Shown: piece by piece, positions 25,764 through 38,883 of the stretch
How positions within the stretch are numbered: position 1 is the stretch's first letter
How the letters are laid out: each line of letters opens with the position of its first letter
Translations under genes and position numbers: made by a program
Notes under the pieces: generated by a model
What the model was told of the DNA's origin: nothing
What the model saw: only the letters and a program-made list of their open reading frames with translations
Database searches by the model: none
Assembly (NCBI GenBank): GCA_951406725.2
Contig: OX597825.1
Location: 1,240,001 to 1,304,000 of the forward strand
Direction: 5' to 3'
DNA: 64,000 nt
DNA from: Octopus vulgaris
Lineage: Eukaryota

Positions 25764-25899
25764 GCAACTATGCTGTTGAAATCCTTGAAACTGTGGTATT
25801 ATGAGAAAGTATCTCGTATAAATGTCTGGAGTTAAAAAGTATACATCTGTATGAGATGCTTTCTCAAGGTTTCAAGGCCTTCAACATAATACTTGCATT
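25761..25899. repeat. Imperfect palindrome / MITE-like hairpin, 139 bp
   Basis: AATGCAA..TGTTGAA..CTTGAAAC..TGAGAAAGTATCTCGTATAAATGT pairs with ACATCTGTATGAGATGCTTTCTCA..GTTTCAAG..TTCAACA..TTGCATT. Confidence 0.8.
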
Positions 25900-26359
25900 G
25901 AGTATGATAAACAGAAACTTATTTTGAATTAACACTGCTTTTGTCTCCAATAATGAATGTGTTTGTGTGCAAGTGTGTGTGTGTGTACACTCACACACAC
26001 ATGTATGTATGTATGTGCATGTGTGTGTGCATACACACACATAAGCTGGACTCTCTCAGCAAGATTGATGTATGAGTGTCCAGAGGTTCAATCAGAAGAG
26101 TTATATCCTCGATGAAATGGCATGTACATTGACTGAGCATTCTGAAGAATCATGTGACCTTAATGTAATCTACATGACAACAGAATGACAAGGCTGGACC
26201 TTTGAATTGCTATCACAGTCCATCTGACAGGATCACTTATTCCACATGGCATCAGAATCACGAGGTGCCTACATGATTTCTTGACAGCAGAAACTGACAA
26301 CAATGTCTGCTGAACTTTTGTGCAAGCATTTTCAGATATAAAAACAGAGATACGCATGT

Positions 26360-26411
<52 letters not shown>

Positions 26412-26857
26412 CGGTCTTCTTCCTGTTTCCCTTCTAACATATTTGCTTACACAGTTTGGTCGGCCTGAATCTGTAACAGAAGTCACTTGCCCAAGTTGCA
26501 GTGCAATAGGAGTGAATTAGACTCTTATAGCTGCAGGCATGGTTACGAGGTCAAGAAGTTTGCTTCACCATCAACTTGGAGCAAATGTTTTCTATCGTAG
26601 CAGATCCCATTGCACATGTTAGCATGCATCATTTGTGTGTGTGAATATGCACATGCATATGTGTGCATGTAAGTGTGTGTTTTTTTTTATAGCTAGGTTA
26701 AGTTTGCTGTTGTAGCATACAAGGTGACTGAACTATATTCCAGTCAAATTACTGAGGCTGATATAATCAAATAAACCCCTTTATAACAGTGTCCCTGCAT
26801 AGCTTCAGTCCAGTTCTTGAAATTGGTAAAATAATAATATAAGAGAATACATAGATA

Positions 26858-26902
<45 letters not shown>

Positions 26903-28536
26903 GTTTTATATACACACACACAGACACACACACAGATATTTCGTCCTTTGTCTGCGAGCACGTTTTTTACTAGTGACCCTACTAGTTTAAACAACTGTCA
27001 ATTGAACAAAAGAAAGAGTTACATCTATCTAAATCTCGTTTCATTATTCTGCCTCAACACAAAGATATGAATAAAAATGATATTGCTATTACAGATAAAA
27101 TACTTTTATTCTATTTTTGCTTTAAAGTTTCCATTGTATATGTGATTTATAAATGATTGATCAAATGATAGATCAAGTCAGGGCATGAACAGATGAAGTG
27201 TAAAAATATAAAATTTCAGATTTTCTAAACAGTCTATTTCATCTGTTAAAGTGAAGTTTATATTAGCATCACTTGGGAAATATAATTCAGGCTTTGCTAT
27301 ATATTTTAGGAAAAGCAAGAAAAAGAGAGAGAGAGAGAGAAACTGAAAGAGTGAGAGAGAGAGAGAGAGAAACTAAATCAGACAGTTGTCTGTGAATTAA
27401 GAGGGTACCAAACAACTGGTTAAAGAATTTGAAATTTGTTTGTCTTGCTGTCATTGGCAATGTGCTTCGTTTATGACCAAGTCACCCCTAGCTCTGAATG
27501 GCCCATTACATCTTTACATTTGATTTAGTATGGAGATTGTTGTTGTTTAACCACAGGTCAACCTCGATAGAGCAGGTCTATGATCATGAACATTTCTTTT
27601 GAGATCCTCCCATCTTTTCTTCATTCATAGTCTATTCTAAACTACATTACCTTCTATGTTTCACCTGTATATTTTAGAATAGTAATTAGATTTGGTTGCT
27701 ATTTCTAACAGTTGGAGCAGCCATGCAGAAGCTTGATCATTGGCTCAAACTCTTAAATATGTTTTTCAGGATCATATGGATTGCACAGGGTGACAATGGA
27801 ATAGAAACCGGTTTCACTGACTGGTAGCTCTGAACTATCTTTCTGTCAACTGGCTTTAGTTGTTGTTTACCCCCAGGCCAGCCTTTATCAAGTAGACCTA
27901 TGATCAAAAGCATTCCAGTTTTGACCATCCCAGACCATCCTAAATGTTCAATGTGTCTTTTCTGTTTAAGCTGTTAGCATGATTTGAAAGGATTTCCCTG
28001 TTAATTATAGCTGGTCAAGTGCCTTCAGAAAGGCTTCCACACTGACTTATTGGAATGCATGTTGCGTAGCAGCCACAAGTCATTTCTGACAGACTTGACC
28101 TTTGACACTCAGGCAGTCAACTGAATGACTAGGGGAGGCTCTCAGATCGATTATTACACCCAGGAGAGAAAGATTTGACTGGACTCATCTATTTAGGCAA
28201 ATCATCATCATTCAATGTTCACTTTTCTATGCTTGCATGATTGAGATGGAATTTATTTATGTAGATTTTTTAATGGCTGGGTGCCATTCCTGTTACCAAC
28301 TCTTATCTATTTCCAAGCAAAGTAATATTTTCCAATAACTAGGCATATTTTACATAGAAGACTGGAAATGTATAATCTCATTACATTTACAACCACCACA
28401 ATATGTCTAGACAAAGGTACACTCTAACACACACACATACTATATATACATATATATACATGATGATGATGATGATGATACACATACATACATATATATT
28501 AGAAAGTTTGGAGATGATGTACAGGTATTTTATACA

Positions 28537-28593
<57 letters not shown>

Positions 28594-29696
28594 TTGTCTA
28601 GCATCTTGGGTTTGACTCAAGTGCTTTCTATGTTTTTCTAAAGAAAATTTATAATTATATATATATATTGTTTATAGATGAGAGACAGATATTCTCTGTA
28701 TAGAGCACACTTCATATTTACAGTCATTATTTTGAACCACCAGGCCCCAAGAGACAGTTGTTGAACTTGTGAAACTCTCATTCAACTCCGACCTTCTTAT
28801 ATGTAAACATGTACATTTTTGGTATTAAATGTATTTAATATTTTTTGTATATCGACTTGACTAACTTTCTTATCCTTACATTTACTCCCACGTAGGTACG
28901 TATATAAGTATGTATGTCATTATTCAGTTTATTTCAAGATTTCTTGCCAATAGAGAAAGAACTGGTTTCTAACCTAGATCCAAGGTTCCTTCATAGGAAT
29001 TTCAACATCGACAGTTTCCTAACTTTTTTTTCTAACAGGGCAAAAATCTGGATTTATTTTCACAAGCTAAGTAAAGCAAGATTCTTTTGGGGGTATATAT
29101 AAATACATTCACTTTGTTCCCCTTAAACATTTTAATCCAAGATTATTCTACTTTGAATGGCCAATTGCTGTTCATAGCAAGGCCTCTGGGGAACCTATCT
29201 CTTTTACACTGGATAAATACTATATTTTTTAATATACAAGTTGAATTTTTCAAACCCAAATTTATAGTCAAAATGTAGGTTGATTCATACACAATGTGAA
29301 ACAGCACAGAATTTAGAAAGATAGTGATGATGTTTGAATGTTTGGTTTACACGTTTACAGTATATCAACTTGCATGCCAGAAACATTTAGATATAGAATA
29401 CAGAATATTACCAGAAGATAAATATAAACATATCTTCACATAAGTACACTTTTAGATTAATTTTATCCATTTATTTATCTTGCATTGACAGTGATTACAG
29501 ACCAAACTAATTTTTAAATTCGCTGCAGAGCAGTCAGTGAATAAATGCTTTGATTAGAGGAATTTAGATGTGCATTGTGAGTTTCATTATGTGTCTTGCT
29601 ATAACATACTGTTATACACACATGTGCATGTATGAATGCATGTAGACATACACATATACATACTTGTCTGGGAGTGCAAACATGAGAAAAGTACTC

Positions 29697-29732
<36 letters not shown>

Positions 29733-30530
29733 TAGATTCTATCAATTTACTCAAAGCTGATGATTCAAGCCATTGTTACTTTGAATTTCTCAATTCTGTG
29801 TTTGTTCAGGCAACAAAGAGATGAATAGAATAGTTTGGGGCTTGGAACTCTGTCACCATCTTTCTTATTTGGTCAACTTTTGTCAGATAATATTTTCAAT
29901 CCATGCACGGCACTCCAGCATTCTCATCACTGTCAGCTGACCGAAGTTGATCAATGAAAAGAAGTTCAGTGACCATAATCTAAATCCTGACCAATCCAGT
30001 CATCTTTTTATAGCCTGAATTAATTCATGCAAACAAGAAAGCTGAAGCCTAGATGAAGCAAATCATCTTTTGTGAATACACGCACAATATCACACATAGG
30101 TGTATACATGAATATGTGACGTCGGTGGTGGTAGTCAATCTTCTATACAGATCAAAGAATCTGTTTTCAGGGGTTTTTCAAGTTTCATATACCATGTCTC
30201 ACAACTAGTGATGGAAGTGTTGTTGCTTTTCAGTAATGGGTTGGGATTTGAACTCAGAAAGTACAGAGCCTGAACAGCTATGGCAAGACATTCTGCCTGA
30301 TGCTCTAACAATTCTGCTAATCCACCATACTGGAATGGTTCTTTTTAACTCACCCCAAAAGGATGAAAGATTAAGTTGACTTTGGTGAGATTTGAACTCA
30401 ATGTGCAAAGAGACAAAAACATACTACAAAGTATTTTTTCCAGCATTCTAATAACTTCCCTACCGACACATTCATGCACACACATACGCATGTGCATGCA
30501 CAAGCATGCATATATGCAAATAATATGTAA

Positions 30531-30895
30531 GTGTGGCTGTGTAGTAAGAAGTCTGCTTCACAGCTACATGGTTCTAGGTTCAATCCCACAGTTTGGTATT
30601 TTGGGCAAATGTCTTCTATAGCACTGGGTTGACCAAAGCCTTGGGAATTAATTTGGTGGAAACTGAAAGAAGCCTGTCAGGTATGTGTGTGTGTGTGTGT
30701 GTCTTTTTGTCTCCTCACCATCGCTTCACAACCAATGTTGGTTTGTTTACAGCCCTGTAACTTAGTTGTTTGGCAAAAAGTAACTGATAGAATAAGTACC
30801 AGACTTTAAACTGGGGTTGATTTGTTCAACTACGCCTTTCAAGGTGGGCTCCAGTATGGCCACAGTCTAATGACAGAAAATGTAAAAGACAAAAG
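30531..30895 (+). mobile_element. SINE family A copy
   Basis: GTGTGGCTGTGTAGTAAGAAG..GGTTCAATCCCAC...CTCCAGTATGGCCACAGTCTAATGAC. Confidence 0.8.
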
Positions 30896-31676
30896 CTGCA
30901 TACACATGTATATTATGTATGGTAATTTATTTGTTTCCAAATCTAATAAAACACACTCTGGAACAACCACCATGTTGAAATTATGACAAAGAGGCTAAGA
31001 TTTGCATGTTCTTACTAATACCTGAGTTGTAGGTACCACATGATAGCACATCCTATGACAACACCCACCATATGCAACCATTTCCTACTTAAATTATAAA
31101 TTTTAATTTATACCCAATGGATTATATAACTAAATATTTAAGTTACAGTCTTGAAAACCTGAGTGTTCTAGATAAAGATTGACCATCCAAGGTTAAGATG
31201 TATGTAGAAAACTTATAAAAACATAATATACTTTTCTAAAATTCAACCTGTTCACCACCTAAATTACAGTGGTGATATTTTGTTTTTAGGTTAAGAAACC
31301 TGGCCCTTCTTTATGGAAAAGATTCAAAGCATTAAAAGAAAGAGCTTACATATATGAATATACAGAATACTTTTAAGATGAAGTTATTACTTTTATGCTT
31401 GTCTTGGTACAGGAGGTGGCATGATGGTTTGTTTTAGGTAAGGTACTAGTTTTATCATTCATGTAGCATGAAACCTAACACTGCAATGCAATCCATTTCC
31501 TAATCAATATATTTTACTTCAGAAATTGCTACCAATGAGACCTCGAGGTAATATAAGGTAGATTCAACACTCTAGTAAGAAATTTTTTTAAATAATAAAA
31601 AACAAGCAGAAAAAAGAAAATATAAATCAAAATGATAATTTTTATGAGAGAATTTTTTTTTTTATCTTGGACTTAC

Positions 31677-31759
31677 TTTTCATATTTGTGAAGTTATTGT
31701 AGTGTGTATTATAGTTTCAGCAGGAGCCATATAGGTTTTGAAGTATGGAGAAAACTTAC
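31677..31759 (-). other. Candidate 83-nt non-coding exon whose acceptor is a recursive-type AG|GTAAGT site
   Basis: Minus strand: ttattatttttctttctttttcag|GTAAGTTTTCTCC...ATATGAAAA|gtaagtcc. Long polypyrimidine tract, consensus donors at both ends, stops in all three frames. Confidence 0.55.
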
Positions 31760-34700
31760 CTGAAAAAGAAAGAAAAATAATAAATTTAATACTTTGTGGC
31801 ATTTGCAAAATTTTGTAGTTTAAACAAGGAATACTGGCTGACAGAAACAAGGAGATGGTAATATAACAATATTAGTAAAATATCTTGGATTTATTCCTTA
31901 AAAATATGACAGGATTTTACAAAAATGGTTTCTTGATGCTGCCTTCTTACTAGTACATAACTTTCATAAAAAAGTGCTGATCAGTTTGAAGTGAATTTAT
32001 GTGAGTTTGGATGGCAAAGTAACCAGGAAAAAAAAATAGGGTAGGAAAGGCTGAAAATAAGATGATTCACTCTCTCTGAGCAAAGTGTAGACTGTGTAAT
32101 GTTTGTGAACAAAATGTGATGCCTCATGGTAGTGATCCCATGGGCCCTGAATGCAACATGTGACAGGACACTATGTGGGAGAGTATGTGTCCAGTCAATG
32201 CAAGCTTTGAAAAATAGATGTAAATTGAGGACTGCATATATGTGTGTGTGTGTGTGGAGCACACGTGTGCATGTGTGTGTGCATTCATGCAGGTGTGCAT
32301 GTATGTATGTATGTGTGTATGTATTAATTGGCTGGAAAGTTGCAAAAATGGCTCAAGAGTCACATTTGGCATTTGTAACTGTTTAGTTAATTAGAAAATT
32401 ATATATGCATAGATACACACACAGATATATATACACAAACACACATATATACTCTTGTATCGAATTCTGTTTCTCCCTTTTTGTCCCACCAAAGTATAAT
32501 TTTAAAAAAATTTGAAAATTCCACTAGCTCTCAAATTCGCTATGTACAAATATATATATATATAAAAATAAAAGAGTATTTTATGATGTCCTGAATTATT
32601 CCTAATTTAACAGACATAAAAAGCTTCACAACCACACTAAAAGCTGTCACTGTGCAGATGTTGTATAAAAGGTGTACAGAAGACAATGCGGTTTACACAG
32701 TTTGATCAAATCTGTTATGACTCTGTTGTTTCACAATCTTCAAACATTCATAACATTGATATTCATGGTGTGGTAGAACAGAAAAAATATTTCAATGTGC
32801 AAATAATGTAATATATAAAACAGACACTCTCCACTTTGGAACCTGGAGAGCACATGAACAAATCATAATGTAAAGACTTCAGATTAACAAATACGATCGG
32901 TGTTTCAATCCTTTGCATTAGGTTATCGCAAAACTGTTTCGGGAGAAAGTTAATGACAGAAACAAGTAAACAAGAAAGTCTGTAGAATAAACAAAAATGA
33001 GAAAATAATATTTGAAAACTAAATTATTTCTAAAGAAATTTTCGGGGAATTAAAGTAAGAAATATTTAAAAGAGGGTAAAATTGGAAGCTCATGTACACA
33101 ATGTAAACAACATCCAGTCTTATTTTCCTTAGTACATGGTATGTATATGCATGAGAACAAACACATTTGTAGACTTTAAGACACTAAAGAAATTACCTGC
33201 TAAGCCAATGCAGGATCCTTTATGTGGGCACTCAATCTGCTAAAACTAACAGCTAAATTGCCTTCAAATTACACCCTACCTTGTTTAAATCTAATAAGAA
33301 AAATATGGTTGACAATCTGATATTAACTTATATCTGAAGATACAAGGGTGGCTATTGTTGGAATGCCTTTTATCATAGCTCTGAACAATCAGAGCTGATC
33401 CAGTTGTAAAAGAAAAAAAAAGCCCAAAAACCAATAAAAAAAAACAGTGCAAAAAAGAAAAACAAAGAAAATTATTTGACATAGCTGTGTAGTCAACAAG
33501 CTAACTTTGCAACCATTTGGTTTTGAGTTCACTCCCACGGCATACTATCGTGGTCAAGTGTCTTCTACTATAGTCCTTAGCTGAAATAGCAGCTTGACCT
33601 GGAGAGACTCTTGATCCTCAAGCTATGTACTTTGTTGAGTAATGTTAATTCAGAGATCTCTCAGAGAAACCTTGTTTTGACTGCTTGTATTTGAAGTTGC
33701 ATTCTTTTAGTCATTACCCAATATTTGTCATCGTAGGAGAAGATAACCACGAAAATCAAATTAAAGATAGCAAGTTAAGCTTCTTCTTTTTTTTTTTTTA
33801 ACAACCTCTCCTTTTCTGAGGATCAAATGCTGAAGTTGACACATTACTATGCCTGCACTGAAATTGTAGCATCCAGTTCAGCCTGTTCCTATCACATTCA
33901 GTTTGAGTATCACTTTATTTGATTCACATTCAAAGAAAGCATTTGGTTTCATTTAAATTGTTAATTGAAATTTGAGGCCAAAAGATAGCTATTTGGAATT
34001 TTGAACATGAAGCCATTCTTTCTTCCTTGCATCCTCAGGTTGACAAACAATTACCTTGAGAAATGTTATATGCATACTTTAACATTTTTGTAAGAAAAAT
34101 GTTTACCATTGCTTTTTTCTTTTGGTATATATATATACAAGACAAATTTTGTTGGCTGCAGACAGACACATTCTTGACATCTAATTACTCAGAAAGATAA
34201 GGGATGGAATAAATAACACATTGCTTGTTGGTGAGTTTTCTTGTAATTCTGATATTTTATTTTATTGGCCATTGAAGGATGAAAGCAAAAGTTGACCTTA
34301 GTTGGATTTGAACCCAGAATGCAGAGCTAGAACAAGTATCACAAGGCTAACAATTTGCTAACATTTCCTTAAATGTTTGGGATTAGTCAGACATAAAAGC
34401 TTGTGGTTGAATGTTTTTCCTGCCTTCACCATCCATTTGTTACGTCAACTGAACTGTTAGCATCTCCAAATTCTATCAATGTTAGATGTAATCCTATATT
34501 AATTTGACAATGGCAAGTCATTTTAAACCGTTTTACTCAACTTGTCTCAGTTGAAATGATATATGAAAATAAAATACCTGACTCACTTTCTAACCAGGTC
34601 CATATATATTACAGACAAGGTTTGTTGGTTACTTATATACAGTTATATAAACCAATTTCTAACTTTACAAACTTATCCAACCCCAATGAGTACTATTAAA

Positions 34701-36744
34701 ATGGCCATAAAATGAAAACTGGATAATAAAGACAATTTTATGGAAAAGTCAGTGTTAAACATTTCTAAAGCCATCAGCAATAGAAATTCTGGAAATGTTG
34801 CATTAACAAGTGATGGATAAAATCTTTAGGAAATATATATTTTTTCAATAATAGCAAATAAATTGACACTTATATAATGATTTCTATTTTTTTTATATAA
34901 TGTATTTTTCTCATGTTTCAAACCTCATTATAAACAATCAATCATCAATGAGTGTTTATAATGTAGTTTTATAATGTTCCATATAGCATTATAAACAACC
35001 ATCAATGGTTGTTTATAATAGACTTTCCTAATGTTTCAGACAATGGACAAATGAGAATTCAAATGGAAGGCTTAGAACAGTTTTGCTTTTGTCTCAAACC
35101 ATTTAAACAATACCGTACTCAATAAATGAAGCCTTGTTTTCTATTACAACGAAAAATATATAAATATATATATATACATATATATACATAAGTGATATGG
35201 TGAAATGAAAAGAAATTTTTCAAAGATGTAAAATGTATTTTGATATGTATTTTTGTAAATGTATTTTTTTTCCCCCTTAGTCTTTATTAAAATTTCCTTT
35301 CGCAAGTTCAGAATAATTCTCAAATGTTTCAAATTTTGCTTTCACTTTTTTTTTCTTTTGTACGTTGATTATTTGAACAAGCATTCAATAAAGGAAAACT
35401 AGAAATTTTGCTGGAAATATTAAAGGATTATAAAAACTAATACAGCATTCAATTCTCCCACAATTATTTCAAAACAATTCTTCACAATTGCTAACAGACA
35501 TTTTGAAATTGTATGAAAGATGTATTATTCCTATGATATTATCATTATTAAAAACAACAGCAACACCAACATATGAAAATAATTAATTCAAAATTTCAAT
35601 TGTACATGTTAAGATGTTTCTAATTGATATATTTAATTCAACAATATATTTTTATTGTGTTAATCCTAAAACTGCAGGCATATTAGTAACTGATCCAACT
35701 AAAGCTAATATGGAAGCTTATCTGTGGTCATCCAACCTACATGAAATAACAAGCAAAGTCTCCCTACCATCTGAAGGAAAATGAAGGACACATTGGATAA
35801 TATAACCTTAGATACACTTGCCTGCAAAAAAGAACAAAAGACACACACACCTCCAAAAAAACAAAAAACCAGGATCATAATGGCTGGAATATTTCTGATA
35901 TAAAGTCTGTGAGATTAAAATTTACCTTAAGCAGCTTAACAACAACTGCAACAACTACTGTACTGAGACTCCACATGTGCTTGCCTAGCCTGCTAGAAAT
36001 AACAGCTACCTCCTCAGTCAAATCACACTTTTCTGTCTTGAAAACAAGAATGACAGTTTTACGTAGTCCTAGACATAAGAGAGAGCCATGGTGGGAATAC
36101 CTTTTAATCACAGATTTATTGTCGAAGGCATCTGCCTAAGATGCTAAGCAGTAGAAATGAATCTGAACTATGGTTGGGAAGGAAACTTCTTAACTATACT
36201 GTCAAACCTAAACACACACACACACACACGCGTGAGAATAATGTTGAACTGAAAATGATATAAGAAATAATGTGTTAAAGTTAATTTTCCACTTCTTAAT
36301 AGCTTATAAAGTTATTGTATTTCAGTGTTGTCCTTCTAAGAAGCCAATATTTAATTTACTCAACCTTTCACACATCACAAATGAAAGAAACTCGAGAAAG
36401 TATCAAGTAGCCACAGAACAGCAGAAAGTATCTCAAAGGAGTGTTAACCAGTTTACTCTTTATACTTTATTTCACATCTGTCATTCAGTACAAAAACTGT
36501 TGAATGCAATACAAGCTAAACACAGCAGAAATATTTTGAAATCATTGTAAGAACCGAATGTACTCCAATTTCGTTGTTTTATAGCAATAGAGTAGTGAAA
36601 TCTTTCCATAAACTCCTCATGGTAAGTCAAGCTGTTATAGCTACTGCCTTGTTTATTAGCTTCCAACATTTCAGAAATAAGACATGCACACAGCTAGGTA
36701 TATTCATACATAGACACATGCACACACATGCATATCAATATGTA

Positions 36745-36775
<31 letters not shown>

Positions 36776-37169
36776 GTGAGTGTGTGTGTGTGTGTGTGTG
36801 CGTGTGTGTGTGTATACACGAGCAAGCATATCAATGCAAAACAAGGTGGTAAAAAAGTTGTACTTGAATACAGGAGGTAGAGTAGTATGCTTTTTTTTTT
36901 ATTAAAGCTGCAAAGTCATCACAAAAAACTACTACTCAGTGTTTCATGTTCCCGTTTGTCGGGCAATTGTGATATATATGTGCATATATATATATGAGTA
37001 TATATATATATTCATATATATATATGTGTATATATATATATGAGTATATATATATATTCATATATATATATGTGTATATATATATATGTATATATATATA
37101 TATGTGCATATATATATATGTATATATATATGTATGTGTGTGTATATGTTTGTGTGTCTGTGTCTGTCT

Positions 37170-37349
37170 TCTCAACATCGCTTGACAACTGATGGTGGTA
37201 TGTTTACGTCCCCGTAACTTAGCGATTCGGCAAAGCGACTGATAGAATAAGTACTAGGCTTACAAAGAATAAGTCCTAGGGTTGATTTGCTTGACTAAAG
37301 GTGGTGCTCCAGCATGGCCACAGTCAAATGATTGAAACAAGTAAAAGAG
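37170..37349 (+). mobile_element. SINE family A 3' half
   Basis: GTTTACGTCCCCGTAACTTAGC..GATAGAATAAGTACTAGGCTTACAAAGAATAAGTCC..CAGCATGGCCACAGTC. Confidence 0.8.
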
Positions 37350-38178
37350 CAATATATATATATATATATATAGATTGATTCACATAATCCCTGAACTTGT
37401 AGTTCTTTGTTCAAACCATACCTTGGATTAATTTAGCTCACACAATAAAAGAAGCTACAAGAAAAAAATAAATGAAAGAAGATGAAGGGGACTGAGATTC
37501 AGCTAGTCCTTGAAATAATGAGTCAAAAAACTCCCTACAAAAATCTGTCTATTTCTGAATGCAATTTATACTTTCAATAAAATGGAAAAGAGTTTTTCTG
37601 GATATTTAATACAGAAAATATAAAAATAAAGTCATTCAATATTCTGAAATTCAGTAAAATAATGAGATTATGAAGGATTATAGAATAATGCAAGGAATAT
37701 TTTAGAAACTATGTAAAATATGTAGCATTAAATTTTATCATAATGGCTTACTAAATGTCTAAATGCTTGGGATTAGTTGATGTTAATAAGATTAAATTTT
37801 TCTGGACTATTAACCTAATCTTTACAACATTTATACATACACTCTATTTTGATTGGTTTGATCTCCAATCATCGTTGGATGTGTTATTCCTGGAGATTTT
37901 TATATCTCAATGAACTCAGAACACAAACTTGGAACTAAAAATAATACTTGACAATGATCAGAGGTTAAACTGATCGAAATGTAGAGCAAATATAAACACT
38001 GTAAATATACACTCTAAAAACAATGTTAATAGTCTGAAGAATAATCGTAATTTCGTGGTTTACAACTTTAAAAGCACATTTTATACCAAGAAACAATTTT
38101 CACTACATAGACTTGAAATTTAGGATCATGATAATTTCAAGTGACCGACGATTGTTAATTCTTTTAAGATTTCAAGGA

Positions 38179-38615
38179 ATACCATCAGCATTAGTATATA
38201 AATCAGTATATACCATCAGCATTAGTATATAAATCAGTATATACCATCAGCATTAGTATATAAATCAGTATATACCATCAGCATTAGTATATAAATCAGT
38301 ATATACCATCAGCATTAGTATATAAATCAGTATATACCATCAGCATTAGTATATAAATCAGTATATACCATCAGCATTAGTATATAAATCAGTATATACC
38401 ATCAGCATTAGTATATAAATCAGTATATACCATCAGCATTAGTATATAAATCAGTATATACCATCAGCATTAGTATATAAATCAGTATATACCATCAGCA
38501 TTAGTATATAAATCATAAATCAGTATATACCATCAGCATTAGTATATAAATCAGTATATACCATCAGCATTAGTATATAAATCAGTATATACCATCAGCA
38601 TTAGTATATAAATCA
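38179..38615. repeat. Minisatellite, 31-bp unit, about 14 near-perfect copies
   Basis: Unit ACCATCAGCATTAGTATATAAATCAGTATAT; one copy has a 7-bp TAAATCA duplication near 38516; no spacers. Confidence 0.97.
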
Positions 38616-38776
38616 CATGAGTGCAGACATGTCGCTTTGGTATAGAAGATTGCTTCTCAACCGCTCTGCCTTCTGTCATAGCCTCAAGTTGACTTGTAGC
38701 TTTTGAGTGGAATTTGCTAAACACTGTGTGGAAGACTTTCATGTGTTTATGCATGTGCATGCACATGTGTGTGTGT

Positions 38777-38883
38777 GTGTGTGCATGCACACACATATAC
38801 ATGCAGTGGTGTGTGCATGCACACACACATACATGCAGTGGTGTGTGCATGCACACACACATACATGCAGTGGTGTGTGCATG
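38777..38883. repeat. Tandem repeat, 32-bp unit x ~3
   Basis: Unit GTGTGTGCATGCACACACACATACATGCAGTG. Confidence 0.9.

Noticed and set aside
31425-31445. Plus-strand TTTTAG|GTAAGG as a second recursive site
   Set aside because: Short, G-interrupted pyrimidine tract; compatible with chance in AT-rich DNA
38179-38615. 31-bp repeat array as a CRISPR array
   Set aside because: Repeats are head-to-tail with no unique spacers, there are no cas genes, and the context is eukaryotic
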